DNA from: a virus | Length of the DNA stretch: 64,000 nucleotides | Virus record (IMG/VR): IMGVR_UViG_3300023174_006147 | Coordinates: 20,475-84,474 of that record | Direction: 5' to 3' (one strand) | Shown: in pieces, positions 19,983-29,788 of the stretch | How the letters are laid out: each line of letters opens with the position of its first letter | Numbering within the stretch: the first letter of the stretch is position 1 | Notes under the pieces: model-generated | Told to the model about the DNA's origin: nothing | Databases searched by the model: none | Seen by the model: only the letters and a program-made list of their open reading frames with translations | Program-made: the position numbers and the translations under genes

Positions 19983-20070
19983 TGGCGGAGCGTGTGGGAA
20001 TCGAACCCACTCTACCCATTTAGGTAGTACAGATTAGCAGTCTGCTGCATTACCGGCCTGCCCACGCTCC
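19983..20070 (-). tRNA. tRNA-Ser(GCT)
   Basis: Cloverleaf, long V arm. Confidence 0.9.
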
Positions 20071-20122
20071 GTATTTGTTGTTGCAATTATAGTACTATTT
20101 ATTAGTAGTGTCAACGCTAAAT

Positions 20123-20539
20123 TTACAATCCTGCCTTTTTTACTAACTCTTTATATCCAGCCCAGCTAGGATGAATATGATCAGGTTGTACACGCTTAGT
20201 TGCAATAATCTGATCGCCATATTCGTGTGCTAGTTTCTCAACAATTGCATTTACATTTGCTTTACAAAACTTTTCATTGCAGGGCGGCATAATCCATACA
20301 ACACGATTCGAGTGGACACGATTTCGCATCTTACGAAGTTCTGCTTCAGTATGAATGAACTGATGATCATTAGTGCCAAGACTAATGACAACTAGCTTAG
20401 AATCAAGAGCAGTATTGCCCCACTTCTTGTTCCACTGCCACGTGTTATATCCACCTTTAGCATATGAAACACATTGCTTAGGTGCAAACATTTCAGTACC
20501 AACGGCGATACTATCGCCGATAATTAAACATTCCAACAT
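20123..20539 (-). CDS. SGNH/GDSL hydrolase-like protein
   Basis: GDSIA, LGTND, DHIHP. Confidence 0.8.
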   Translation of the reverse strand: MLECLIIGDSIAVGTEMFAPKQCVSYAKGGYNTWQWNKKWGNTALDSKLVVISLGTNDHQFIHTEAELRKMRNRVHSNRVVWIMPPCNEKFCKANVNAIVEKLAHEYGDQIIATKRVQPDHIHPSWAGYKELVKKAGL

Positions 20540-20679
20540 TAATCATCCTTTACTGTTTTTGCTTTGCCGTCTTTTACTAGCTTGTGCCTAGCTTTGTTGA
20601 CCTTTGGTGTAGGCGCATCGCCACCGGCAAATTCATGCTTGGTAAGCAATAGGTCTTTATGTTGAATAAATTCTTCCAT
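20539..20679 (-). CDS. Small hypothetical protein
   Basis: Start at MEEFIQ; TAATG coupling to the next gene. Confidence 0.45.
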   Translation of the reverse strand: MEEFIQHKDLLLTKHEFAGGDAPTPKVNKARHKLVKDGKAKTVKDD

Positions 20680-20773
20680 TATTTTAAAATCGCAATCAGC
20701 AGCAATATAAATGCCATTATGGGATGTGAAGGAAAAATTACAAATGCAATAATTAACAACAAACAGCCCACTA

Positions 20774-21181
20774 TTACCTCCGCATCTTTGCAATTTCTTC
20801 CGCGTCACTTTGTTCAAAAATTGGCACCATATTTGATTTATGCATCGTGCCAATTCCAATTAGTTTGCGCGCACCGGAATATTGCATTGGCGCCTTGGCA
20901 AATCCATTACCCACGCCGTTGCCGCTGGGGATAACAGGACTTGATCGACGGTATGTTTCTGTTTTGAATGGATCTTTGACGATCTTAGGTGTATACTTAC
21001 TCTTGCCCTGCTTGTAGGCAATGTACTCATCAACCGTCTTTTCCTTGAGACCAAGTCTGCGCATCTGCTTGTTATAAGTGCGAAACTCTTCTGCAAGTTT
21101 TGCAGTTATTGTAACAGGCTTAGACTTTTTACGCTTAGTAGAAGTAGTTGATAATCCTGGTCCACAAAGATGCATACTCAT
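20774..21181 (-). CDS. Basic phage protein (GIGTMHKSNMVP motif)
   Basis: ORF with a motif common in T4-like phages. Confidence 0.7.
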   Translation of the reverse strand: MSMHLCGPGLSTTSTKRKKSKPVTITAKLAEEFRTYNKQMRRLGLKEKTVDEYIAYKQGKSKYTPKIVKDPFKTETYRRSSPVIPSGNGVGNGFAKAPMQYSGARKLIGIGTMHKSNMVPIFEQSDAEEIAKMRR

Positions 21182-21190
21182 AAAAATTCC

Positions 21191-21910
21191 TTATATACTA
21201 AATTCTTTGCATTGTTGCAAGGTAGTTATTATAACAATATTGTTATACTGGGTCAATAGTATATCTAATTTTTCTTTCTGAACTTTAAATGCATGTGGAT
21301 TTTTCGGATCTAAATATAAATTATGTTCTGGTAAATAAAAATCCGGAAAGTAATGATGCTCGATTCCACTATTATCAATCCATTTTAGTGGAGCAGGCCT
21401 CGTCCATTTTACATTAATACTGTCTAAACGTCTTGCAAGTTCTAATTCCCAAGTGGAATCTAACAATACGCCATTATACATTACTGTATGTTTCTTTAAC
21501 CTTCTATGAGGTGAAGAAAGTGCTTTATCACGTAGTATCTTTTTTGTTTTATCTGTATGTGTTTTTCCAAGAAATGTTTTGCGATCAATATGGTCATATT
21601 TTCCTTCTGCATGGGCCAGTGATATGGAAATAGAACATTTCTTTTTAGATTCCTCAGTTATTCCAGCTCTCATTTTTTCAGTATTTTTATTATACTGATC
21701 ACGCATTGGATTTTTTTTACACCATCTTGAATGATTTGCCATCCATCCTAGTGACTTGGTGGTCAAATCAAAGAATTCATTACAATGAATGCAAATTCCT
21801 TTAGATTCTGGATTTTTATAATTTCCTGAACATGCATCATAATGCCGTAAAAAATTGCCGCCTCTGTTTGAGAATTCAAATCCACATTTATCACATTTAA
21901 TCTTTTTCAT
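21191..21910 (-). CDS. Putative homing endonuclease (Zn fingers, NUMOD3, PD-(D/E)xK C-terminus)
   Basis: GKTHT..TK, STWE, YFPDFYL, DPK. Confidence 0.75.
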   Translation of the reverse strand: MKKIKCDKCGFEFSNRGGNFLRHYDACSGNYKNPESKGICIHCNEFFDLTTKSLGWMANHSRWCKKNPMRDQYNKNTEKMRAGITEESKKKCSISISLAHAEGKYDHIDRKTFLGKTHTDKTKKILRDKALSSPHRRLKKHTVMYNGVLLDSTWELELARRLDSINVKWTRPAPLKWIDNSGIEHHYFPDFYLPEHNLYLDPKNPHAFKVQKEKLDILLTQYNNIVIITTLQQCKEFSI

Positions 21911-21926
21911 AGTATCTCTGTAAAAT

Positions 21927-22002
21927 TGGTGCCCTTACCAGGACTCGAACCTGGAACACAAGTTTAGAAGACTAGGATGATCTCCGGTTTCACCATAAGG
22001 GC
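21927..22002 (-). tRNA. tRNA-Arg(TCT)
   Basis: Cloverleaf. Confidence 0.88.
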
Positions 22003-22053
22003 GGTAATCTTATTTATATAAATTAAGCCTGATACTATATCCAAATAAGCTAA

Positions 22054-22242
22054 CTATGCCTGACCGTTTTTCCAGTCATCTTCGGTGATTTCAAAATCGG
22101 CATTTTTAACAGACTTAATGGCTCTAAACACGGTTACTGCACCTAAACACACAGCACCGGTTACACCAAATACTGCAAGAAATGCAATCTTTGGACCCAG
22201 AGTCCTTGCCTGTTCATATACTAAATGTTTGATCTGTTTCAT
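22054..22242 (-). CDS. Small membrane protein
   Basis: ORF with a TM segment. Confidence 0.6.
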   Translation of the reverse strand: MKQIKHLVYEQARTLGPKIAFLAVFGVTGAVCLGAVTVFRAIKSVKNADFEITEDDWKNGQA

Positions 22243-22357
22243 TGCGATAACCTTATTTACTCATCAAGTAAAACACACCAAATACTGCAAGAACTGCAAT
22301 CTTTGGACCTAGAATTCTTGCTTGTTCATATACTGCATGTTTGATCTGTTTCATTGT
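22163..22357. repeat. Imperfect tandem duplication (~85 bp) of the 5' half of the small membrane gene
   Basis: caaatactgcaagaa...gatctgtttcattg occurs twice. Confidence 0.85.
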
Positions 22358-22463
22358 GGTAGCCTTTGTAATTGCTATTTACTTGACAAGTATAAAACAC
22401 CATGATGGTATTGTCAATATTAAAATTAATAAATAGTATGATTACATTGGAGAAATGTGTACC

Positions 22464-22940
22464 ATGAATATTAAAGAACTTCTTAACATTTCCGAAGGAG
22501 AAATTGTTGATTTTGATACCGCAAAACAAGACAAAGAATTGCGCGGATTTCATAAAGATTTCATGGGAAAAGTTCAACAACGTGCCGGTGGCATGAATGC
22601 AGTAATGTCAGTGATGAAAGAAAAAGGAATCTTTGATGATCTTCCTGTTGGAACTAGAATTCGTCTACCAAAAGGCGGAAGTTACAAAGTTATCCGACAT
22701 GGCGTAACACGATCAAAAACTGGCATGGAAAACTCATTCTCAGCAAATTTTCGAAAAGAGCATGGATTCGGACCAGCTTATTTTTTGCCTACAGAAGACG
22801 GATTCTATACACCACTAGTGTATCTTAGGAAAGAAGAATCAAACGGCGATTATGAAGAAGGTGGTTTTAATCTTGATAGACTTGTGAATTTTGAAACTGG
22901 TGAAAAACGTTACACTAAGTTTACCGGTCCGCAACGGTAA
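22464..22940 (+). CDS. Late gene, MNIKELL-type hypothetical protein
   Basis: ATAAATA upstream; N-terminal motif shared with other genes in the array. Confidence 0.7.
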   Translation: MNIKELLNISEGEIVDFDTAKQDKELRGFHKDFMGKVQQRAGGMNAVMSVMKEKGIFDDLPVGTRIRLPKGGSYKVIRHGVTRSKTGMENSFSANFRKEHGFGPAYFLPTEDGFYTPLVYLRKEESNGDYEEGGFNLDRLVNFETGEKRYTKFTGPQR

Positions 22941-22941
22941 T

Positions 22942-23018
22942 TGGTGCTCCTAACAGGATTCGAACCTGTGGCCTCAAGATTAGGAATCGTGCGCTCTATC
23001 CTGCTGAGCTATAGGAGC
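22942..23018 (-). tRNA. tRNA-Arg(CCT)
   Basis: Cloverleaf. Confidence 0.9.
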
Positions 23019-23020
23019 AT

Positions 23021-23094
23021 TGGTGCCTCATGACAGGATCGAACTGCCGTACTCTGATTACGAAACAGATGTAATACCACTATACGAATGAGGC
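23021..23094 (-). tRNA. tRNA-Thr(CGT)
   Basis: Cloverleaf. Confidence 0.88.
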
Positions 23095-23095
23095 G

Positions 23096-23180
23096 TGGTG
23101 CGCCCGGCCGGACTCGAACCGGCACTCCCGAAAGAACGAGATTTTAAGTCTCGCGTGGCTACCTATTTCACCACGAGCGC
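23096..23180 (-). tRNA. tRNA-Leu(TAA)
   Basis: Cloverleaf, long V arm. Confidence 0.92.
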
Positions 23181-23197
23181 ATGTACTACTATTTAAC

Positions 23198-23283
23198 TGG
23201 AGGAAGATGATGGCATCGAACCATTGACCTTTCAGTCACTACTGCTTTCGAAACAGTGTGGGGAGCCAACCCCAGCATCTTCC
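23198..23283 (-). tRNA. tRNA-Ser(CGA)
   Basis: Cloverleaf, long V arm. Confidence 0.85.
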
Positions 23284-23290
23284 ATTAATT

Positions 23291-23373
23291 TGGTGCCCAG
23301 GAAGGGGATCGAACCCTCAAACATATCACTTGACTCTCGACCAAGCCGCTTTACCAGAATTGCGTACCTAGGC
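23291..23373 (-). tRNA. tRNA-Leu(GAG)
   Basis: Cloverleaf; C33 instead of U33. Confidence 0.85.
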
Positions 23374-23380
23374 ATTTTAT

Positions 23381-23468
23381 TGGAGGAGTCGGAGGGATTC
23401 GAACCCTCGGTACCTTTCGGTACGCTACCTTTCCAAGGTAGTTCAATCGGCCGCTCTGACACGACTCC
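23381..23468 (-). tRNA. tRNA-Ser(GGA)
   Basis: Cloverleaf. Confidence 0.92.
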
Positions 23469-23477
23469 AAAATTTCT

Positions 23478-24221
23478 TTATTTTGTAATAACAGGCTGTC
23501 CTGCGGCACCTACCGCTTGAGTAGTTGCAGTCTTTCCGACATTAGCTCCAAATGATAGTTTTCCTTTAACATAAGTTAAAATGTCTAAGAAATACTTTTT
23601 CACAGTTGCCATATGATCGAAAAATCCCATAAATCCTGGCATAGTAACATTTGTAATGATTCCTGCAAATTCTTTAACTTTGTCTACTATAACATCGGTG
23701 GCTGTTGAAATTGCAGTTTGAGTCATAGTTGCTGCTTTTAATAGCATATCTTTAAGATAGCTTAAGAAGCCATATAGTCCCAATTTTGCCAAAAATCCTT
23801 TCCATCCAGTAGTTTGCATAAAACTATTAATAGAAGGTTGTAACATATTCCATAATTTTTCAACAACAGGCGAAATTGCAGGAATTTTTGTTTTAATTTC
23901 AGTAATTAATGCAACTACTGTTTTTTGTACATTACGGCACTGTTTGCCTAATTGCGCTACTGTACTGTCCATCATTGCTTGATCGGAAACAACGTCTTTG
24001 ATCAAAATTGCCGCAGTTTTAACATCCGTTATAGCACCCTTGATATCATTGACGGTTTTCGTATACTGATTGCCCAAGTATTGTTTGGCCGAATCTAAAA
24101 ATCCCTCATAGATTATTTGCTCGGTTAATATACTTTTACTGTAGTAAACACCTTCGCAAAGGTATAGATTTTTTAATACAGTATTCTGATTTTCGTAAAG
24201 GATTTCATTTATACGCATCAA
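23478..24221 (-). CDS. Late gene, MRINEIL-type helical protein
   Basis: ATAAATA upstream; EGFLD motif. Confidence 0.75.
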   Translation of the reverse strand: MMRINEILYENQNTVLKNLYLCEGVYYSKSILTEQIIYEGFLDSAKQYLGNQYTKTVNDIKGAITDVKTAAILIKDVVSDQAMMDSTVAQLGKQCRNVQKTVVALITEIKTKIPAISPVVEKLWNMLQPSINSFMQTTGWKGFLAKLGLYGFLSYLKDMLLKAATMTQTAISTATDVIVDKVKEFAGIITNVTMPGFMGFFDHMATVKKYFLDILTYVKGKLSFGANVGKTATTQAVGAAGQPVITK

Positions 24222-24228
24222 CTATTTA

Positions 24229-24408
24229 TTAATCAATATCAATGTTGCGGTTCAGCAAGTGGCGAGCTACGCGATGTTCAAGTTTCTTATCGCGGCTACG
24301 AGCCTTCTTTGAACGACGATTGTTATAAGTTTCAGTGGGGAAAGTATCATGTCCAGGGCAGCAACGACCGATGCTACCGGGCTTGGCAAAATGGATATCA
24401 CGCTTCAT
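24229..24408 (-). CDS. Small basic protein (CCPGHD)
   Basis: Start at MKRDIH after SD AGGAG. Confidence 0.6.
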   Translation of the reverse strand: MKRDIHFAKPGSIGRCCPGHDTFPTETYNNRRSKKARSRDKKLEHRVARHLLNRNIDID

Positions 24409-24424
24409 TTTACTTCTCCTATAA

Positions 24425-24499
24425 TGGTGTGCGATGAGGGATTTGAACCCCCGACTTTCACCGTGTCGAGGTGACACTCTACCGCTGAGTTAATCGCAC
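24425..24499 (-). tRNA. tRNA-Val(GAC)
   Basis: Cloverleaf. Confidence 0.9.
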
Positions 24500-24506
24500 A
24501 TTAAAT

Positions 24507-24631
24507 TGGTGGACCCGACTGGATTTTCACCAGTATCTCTGTTGTTCATCGGCACTAAGTTTATCCGGAAATCTCAATGTCGGTATCTGGTGCTTTGATT
24601 ACTTCCGTCGAAGGTTTTAAGCTACAGGCCC
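24507..24631 (-). ncRNA. Expanded tRNA-like RNA with Ala identity (G3:U70, A73, CCA)
   Basis: GGGCCTG/CGGGTCC-ACCA, T stem ACTGG/CCAGT, enlarged interior. Confidence 0.7.
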
Positions 24632-24637
24632 ATAATT

Positions 24638-24722
24638 TGGTAGGGGTAGAGGGACTTGAACCCCCACGCCTTGCGGCAAAGCATTTTGAGTGCTCCGAGT
24701 CTACCGATTTCACCATACCCCC
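24638..24722 (-). tRNA. tRNA-Leu(CAA)
   Basis: Cloverleaf. Confidence 0.92.
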
Positions 24723-24758
24723 ATTTATTCTTTAAAATCTATTAGTGTTCTTTGACAA

Positions 24759-24846
24759 TGGAGGAAGCGCAGGGATTCGAACCCTGGGTACCTTGCGGTA
24801 CTTCTGATTTCAAGTCAGACGCAATCGGCCTCTCTGCCACGCTTCC
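24759..24846 (-). tRNA. tRNA-Ser(TGA)
   Basis: Cloverleaf. Confidence 0.92.
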
Positions 24847-24886
24847 GGTTAATATGTTATTATTATAATACAGACATTGTCGTCTG

Positions 24887-25618
24887 TCAAGAATTTTTGT
24901 TTAAAATTCCAAGAATATGTAATGTTGCCAAGTATTTGCCATGGCGATCACCTAGGCCCCGTAATGCACTGTTGATAGACCGTGTTGCGGCCTGTGTATT
25001 GTCAAAATTGTCAATTTTAGGACTGACCCGATTTTTCCAATACCAAACCGAAACTTTTGCGGCAACTTCTGGTTTTTCAAGAAGTTCAGGATGTTGCTCA
25101 AGTGGCAATCCCAGTGCATTGCCTGCTTTGCGATAATTCTCTCTGCCAGTTAATTGAATATATCCTCTACCTATATACCGTTGACCGTCTCCTGGCCGAG
25201 TATTGCCTAATCTTTTTGCTTTTTCAGGATTATGTTTTATATCGTATTTTTTAAAATATGCACTATTGCCTATTTCTCGCAATTTCGAAAAATTTAAAGA
25301 TTCATGTGCGCATTGTGCTAAAAATTGTGCAAGTTCTCTGCCCTTTAATCCGGCACCTCGCGCAGCACTGACTAAGGTCTTTCCAGCAACGGTATTAAAA
25401 GCAGCTAACAACTCACTGACCTTTTCAGGATTAGCTTTAATTTTTGGTATTTCCAATTTAACGGAGCTAGATTTTTCCGATGCAGGAGTTGGATTATTTT
25501 GCATTGCTGCATATCCTCCAAGTGCAGCAGTGCCTAATGCTCCTGCTGCAACTGCACCCTTGGCCCATTTAGACAGAGCTTCGTCAATTTGCTCTTCTAT
25601 GAGTTCTGAAATTCGCAC
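24887..25618 (-). CDS. GH19 lysozyme/chitinase-like protein with MRISEL leader
   Basis: [29 protein letters not shown]. Confidence 0.9.
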   Translation of the reverse strand: MRISELIEEQIDEALSKWAKGAVAAGALGTAALGGYAAMQNNPTPASEKSSSVKLEIPKIKANPEKVSELLAAFNTVAGKTLVSAARGAGLKGRELAQFLAQCAHESLNFSKLREIGNSAYFKKYDIKHNPEKAKRLGNTRPGDGQRYIGRGYIQLTGRENYRKAGNALGLPLEQHPELLEKPEVAAKVSVWYWKNRVSPKIDNFDNTQAATRSINSALRGLGDRHGKYLATLHILGILNKNS

Positions 25619-25621
25619 TAA

Positions 25622-26179
25622 TTATCTGGAGTTTGCTATACTGGTCAACAGTGCTTTTACTCTTCCAAATGGCATTTTGTCAATATTCTGAATGAATTTT
25701 GGATCAAATGGCAACTTTGTTAGTGTTTGTTGCACAGATTGCAGTGATGCCAGTGTTTTCTTTGCTGTTGCACGTTGTTCGCCTGCTTGATATGTATTAG
25801 CAATTCCTTGTGCTGCTCCAGTTGCTGCTCCGCCAATTGCTTTTCCTGCCTGCTGTGCTGCTCCAGATGCTGCCTGACCTGCTTGCTGTGCTGCGCCGCC
25901 AATTGCCTGTCCTGCTTGCTTCAATGCACCACCAACTGCTTGACCAGCGCCTGCAGCTGCCTGACCGACACGGCTTGCCGCGCCGCCCACTGCTCTTGAA
26001 GCTGCTCCACCAAGCGCACTAAGGCCACCCAATAATTCACTCAATTCAGCTTCTGATAATTCACCGGATTCGATCATCTGGGTGATTCTGTTGGACTCTG
26101 AAAGTGCTTGTGTTTTTACATCAGGCGCAACATCTTCCATTGTTTCAATAAATTTAACTAAATCTCTCATGGAATCCAT
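25622..26179 (-). CDS. Ala/Gly/Gln-repeat putative virion protein
   Basis: Approximately 11-aa repeats such as AGQAIGGAAQQ. Confidence 0.7.
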   Translation of the reverse strand: MDSMRDLVKFIETMEDVAPDVKTQALSESNRITQMIESGELSEAELSELLGGLSALGGAASRAVGGAASRVGQAAAGAGQAVGGALKQAGQAIGGAAQQAGQAASGAAQQAGKAIGGAATGAAQGIANTYQAGEQRATAKKTLASLQSVQQTLTKLPFDPKFIQNIDKMPFGRVKALLTSIANSR

Positions 26180-26239
26180 GACAATATCTCCTTTTATTTT
26201 ATTTATGCGATTAAACACATAATATAAAATTAGAAGAAA

Positions 26240-26311
26240 TGGTAGCTCGTGCAGGTACTGCCCCTGCCTAGACTCCCGTATGAGAGGAATCCGTCCACTT
26301 AGACCCGAGCC
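26240..26311 (-). tRNA. tRNA(CAT), Met or Ile2, atypical T loop
   Basis: Anticodon loop CTCATAC, T loop GGCAGTA, CCA. Confidence 0.7.
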
Positions 26312-26339
26312 ATGGTTTTAAGAATTAGTTCACTGATTT

Positions 26340-27698
26340 TTATGACCAGTCGTCTTTGGGAACTTCTTTTTTATAGCTTTGAAGATGCTTGACAATCTTT
26401 TTCAAATATAGCTTCCAAACTTTTAAAAATTGAAGTTCTCTAGCAGATGGATTTGAATTTTGCATTGCCTGCTTTGCTGTAGGAGCAATTATTGATGGAT
26501 AAGTATTATTTGGAAAATATCCCCACTTGACATCCTCAATCGCCGAATCAACGAATTCATTGACCTGACGCTGTTTATCATTTGTGGAATATGAATATCG
26601 AAAAGGCTCATTAGAGATGAAGTCCGAGTACAACTGGGTGGCAGCGTGTGAAGCATGTGCTTCAATTTCGTTGACAGAACCTAAATATGCTGCCCAGCGA
26701 TCTACATTGTATCCAAAATTGTCAGCATCATATGCATTTTGACCTCTCCTACCACCACGATATTTTCGGCGCCAGTCGTCCTTTTGACTGTCTTTTCCTC
26801 GCTGATCATTCTTGTCAGAAGCATAAAGTTTCGGCCTAGGAACACTTGGATCAGGAATCTTGGTGTAATCGCCTTTTCCAAATCCACGGTCAGATGACTG
26901 CATCTTGATATTAGCACGAGCATTCTGATCCATGTGAACAACTTCGTGTACGTAAGTACTGACTAATTCTTTAAGAAATGCAGGGACAGGATTATCAACG
27001 CCACTATCTCCATAACGATTTACGGAATCCCTTTCCAATAATCTGTGGGTTAATACAGTCCATAATTTTTCTTTAGAAGTATATATATTGATGTGCTGCG
27101 CAAGATCGTTCTGCCAATCAATTTGCTGTGATGATCTGCTATGTAAAGTGGATTTTTGTGGATGACGCTGAAAATACCCGCCACCAGTCTTTGGTTCGCC
27201 AGTGTGTTTATTTTTGCCAGTTGTATCAAGTTGAACAATGATGTGCTGAAGCCAATACAGGTTCTTCTTTCTGTTTTCTTCCCATGGCTCATCATTTTTA
27301 TATTGTTCAATCTTACCAAACTGTGCTTCCATGTAATCACGAGCCAAATCCTGTAGATGAAGTTCCATTACATCAATGAATTCATCTACAATATCAGTAT
27401 TCGGCTCACTTTTGTATAGTTTTGATTGCACGATGCCACTGAGATCTTGTGACTTATATTGAAGATTGGATACAAGTTTATCTTCCTCACGCCAATCTAA
27501 TCCACGGCCACGAATTTCTTCAACTCTATTTTCAAGAGAACTCATCTTTTTTAAGTAATCGCCTTCTCCTACTGAATCAAAAATAGATTCAGCATTCCAC
27601 CTAATAAATTGATCGATTTCTCGGGTAAGAAGATCATATGTAGCCTGAGTTAAGCCTGCTGTTTGATCGATTGCTTCTATGAGTTCTGTAATACGCAT
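26340..27698 (-). CDS. Late MRITEL-type protein with HExxH motif
   Basis: YVHEVVHMDQ followed by YLGSVNEIEAHA. Confidence 0.75.
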   Translation of the reverse strand: MRITELIEAIDQTAGLTQATYDLLTREIDQFIRWNAESIFDSVGEGDYLKKMSSLENRVEEIRGRGLDWREEDKLVSNLQYKSQDLSGIVQSKLYKSEPNTDIVDEFIDVMELHLQDLARDYMEAQFGKIEQYKNDEPWEENRKKNLYWLQHIIVQLDTTGKNKHTGEPKTGGGYFQRHPQKSTLHSRSSQQIDWQNDLAQHINIYTSKEKLWTVLTHRLLERDSVNRYGDSGVDNPVPAFLKELVSTYVHEVVHMDQNARANIKMQSSDRGFGKGDYTKIPDPSVPRPKLYASDKNDQRGKDSQKDDWRRKYRGGRRGQNAYDADNFGYNVDRWAAYLGSVNEIEAHASHAATQLYSDFISNEPFRYSYSTNDKQRQVNEFVDSAIEDVKWGYFPNNTYPSIIAPTAKQAMQNSNPSARELQFLKVWKLYLKKIVKHLQSYKKEVPKDDWS

Positions 27699-27711
27699 GT
27701 TGTATTTATCA

Positions 27712-27787
27712 TGGTGCTGTATGACGGAATCGAACCGCCGACATCCTGATTACTAAACAGGTACTCTACCAACTGAGTTAATACAGC
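27712..27787 (-). tRNA. tRNA-Thr(AGT)
   Basis: Anticodon loop TTAGTAA. Confidence 0.85.
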
Positions 27788-27795
27788 ATTAATTT

Positions 27796-27872
27796 TGGTG
27801 GGCCCGGAGAGATTCGAACTCCCGACATCCTGGTTCGAAGCCAGGCGCTCTATCCAGCTGAACTACGAGCCC
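27796..27872 (-). tRNA. tRNA-Arg(TCG)
   Basis: Cloverleaf. Confidence 0.92.
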
Positions 27873-27889
27873 ATTTTTTATATGATAAT

Positions 27890-28078
27890 TTATCGAAAAG
27901 TTTTTCGACGAGGACCTTTGTCCCTATTAGGAATGGCATGATGTCTGGCCCAGGCCTCGTCTGTAAAACCAGGACCGTACTTTGCCAGAAGAACTTCTGC
28001 TTCACCTGAACTTACCAGAGACATCCATTCCTGATGATCATATCGTACTCCTGACTTTGATAATGTAATAGCTGGCAT
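27890..28078 (-). CDS. Small hypothetical protein
   Basis: ORF with SD between tRNAs. Confidence 0.6.
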   Translation of the reverse strand: MPAITLSKSGVRYDHQEWMSLVSSGEAEVLLAKYGPGFTDEAWARHHAIPNRDKGPRRKTFR

Positions 28079-28097
28079 TCTTTCTTCCTTTATTTGA

Positions 28098-28173
28098 TGG
28101 TGCGCATGGCAAGAGTTGAACTTGCGACCTACGAGTTATCAGCTCGTTGCTACTACCACTGAGCTACACGCGC
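28098..28173 (-). tRNA. tRNA-Ile(GAT)
   Basis: Cloverleaf. Confidence 0.9.
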
Positions 28174-28179
28174 ATTTAA

Positions 28180-28377
28180 TTAGTTTTCAATTATTCCTGT
28201 TACCCAATTTTCAGCAGTATCTTCTGCGTACCGCATTGAATGTTCAGAAACATCGATAAGTTTAACTGGATATTGTTGAACATAACATTCAACTTTTAAT
28301 CCCGCTTCGTCTTTGAAAATAATGGCACTGCGATCACTGTTATCAGAATCGCCATTATACTTTGAAATAATTTCCAT
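28180..28377 (-). CDS. Small phage protein (YAEDTAENWV)
   Basis: ORF between tRNAs. Confidence 0.6.
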   Translation of the reverse strand: MEIISKYNGDSDNSDRSAIIFKDEAGLKVECYVQQYPVKLIDVSEHSMRYAEDTAENWVTGIIEN

Positions 28378-28395
28378 TACTTAACTTTCATATTT

Positions 28396-28471
28396 TGGAT
28401 CGGCCACTAGGGTTCGAACCTAGAGTCTCCAGAATCAAAATCTGGCGTGTTGCCAATTACACTATGGCCGA
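28396..28471 (-). tRNA. tRNA-Gln(TTG)
   Basis: Cloverleaf. Confidence 0.9.
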
Positions 28472-28526
28472 ATGAATCTTTAATTGCTTGTATATTATAT
28501 ACTGTTGACCAAGTTGTCAACTGATA

Positions 28527-29192
28527 TTATTCAAATTTTTTTATAATTCTTCCTTTATTCCAGCCAGGTGGAATAATATCTGTTTTTTTAATTTTTTTAT
28601 TTACGTGACCATTCGTGATCCAAATAGATCCAAATTGAGAATTGTTTTTGCCCTTATTTTTTGATTTTCGAAGTTTTGCTAAAGTTTCTTCTGAATGCTT
28701 TTTACCAAAAAATGGATTACCACTTCCTGCATTTCTTTTCTTTGCAGCCAAGGAACGAGCTTCGCGATTTCTTTTTGCCCATTCTCCGTTTTCTTCTTTA
28801 AGTTTTTTTTGAGTATCTCTGCCTCTTTTTAGAGCATCTATAAAAATGAGCCGATATTCTGTAATTTTCATAGTGTTTTCGGTTCCGTTTCTGATATCCG
28901 ACTTGTTTATATGACCAAATCCTCCTTGACCTCCAACACATAAGTTATATGTGTCGTCCCGATCACAAAATTCCTCCGTCACTAATTCTTTCTCTTTAAC
29001 ATTCATCTCGAATTCAGAATCAAATATATATAATAGCTCTTTTTTAAAATTTTCTATTCCGTACTTTTTAATCGCAGCTTTTAATAATTTCCCGGATCCC
29101 ATATACTCGTCATCTAGGTTCATAGTCTGATGCTTGCCTATGTAAATTTTATTATTGATTATATTTGTTATTTGATATATCGTGTAAAACAT
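28527..29192 (-). CDS. GIY-YIG homing endonuclease (Seg-like) with NUMOD3
   Basis: TIYQIT..KIYIGKH, YMGSG, NPFFGKKHSEET. Confidence 0.9.
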   Translation of the reverse strand: MFYTIYQITNIINNKIYIGKHQTMNLDDEYMGSGKLLKAAIKKYGIENFKKELLYIFDSEFEMNVKEKELVTEEFCDRDDTYNLCVGGQGGFGHINKSDIRNGTENTMKITEYRLIFIDALKRGRDTQKKLKEENGEWAKRNREARSLAAKKRNAGSGNPFFGKKHSEETLAKLRKSKNKGKNNSQFGSIWITNGHVNKKIKKTDIIPPGWNKGRIIKKFE

Positions 29193-29230
29193 TTTTATTC
29201 CTCACGATATTTATCATTGTAAAGTTAGTG

Positions 29231-29303
29231 ATGCTCTCCCAGGGGTCGAACCTGGAACCTTCTGAGTCAGAGTCAGACGTGCTGCCAATTGCACCAGAGA
29301 GCA
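29231..29303 (-). tRNA. tRNA-Gln(CTG), CCA not encoded
   Basis: Cloverleaf; 3' end reads TCAC next to the endonuclease gene. Confidence 0.85.
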
Positions 29304-29308
29304 ATAAA

Positions 29309-29788
29309 TTATTTTTCTTGCCTTGAGGAAAAAACTTCTATTGCGGCTAGAATGTGTTCATCCCGCAGGCCTTCACCGTCTTCAATATACACTAGCCGTT
29401 TAGATTCAGTAAACTTTCTGTCATCAAAGCAAACCCAATCGCATTCACCATTGTCAGCGATCCACTGATTAATGGCAATTAATCTACCAATACCACGAAC
29501 AGTGCTTGTCACATCTGTATAATCAATGTTTGGAAAAATTGTTCTCCAATCATTGTGAAAATGTGTTGGATCAATCCCCCAATGTATTAAATCTTCTTTT
29601 AAAGTTTTTCCATAGGGCAAGTGATAATTGTGCATTGAGTTGGTTACAATTTTTGCACCAGACTCAATGCACAGATCATTGAGCAATTGAATTGAAACTT
29701 TATTACAAGCTAACCGCAGTTCAGATACCATGACTGGAGAACTTACATTAATTATTGGACCATCAATATCTAAAAATATTATTCTCAT
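29309..29788 (-). CDS. HAD-family protein (RNA-repair-associated type)
   Basis: FLDIDGP, CFDD. Confidence 0.75.
   Translation of the reverse strand: MRIIFLDIDGPIINVSSPVMVSELRLACNKVSIQLLNDLCIESGAKIVTNSMHNYHLPYGKTLKEDLIHWGIDPTHFHNDWRTIFPNIDYTDVTSTVRGIGRLIAINQWIADNGECDWVCFDDRKFTESKRLVYIEDGEGLRDEHILAAIEVFSSRQEK

Noticed and set aside
24507-24631. tmRNA
   Set aside because: It has Ala identity and a TTCGACGG string, but it is only 125 nt with no tag ORF or pseudoknot region.
24746-24758. Plus-strand boxA-like TGTTCTTTGACA
   Set aside because: Opposite orientation to the tRNA transcript and no associated promoter.
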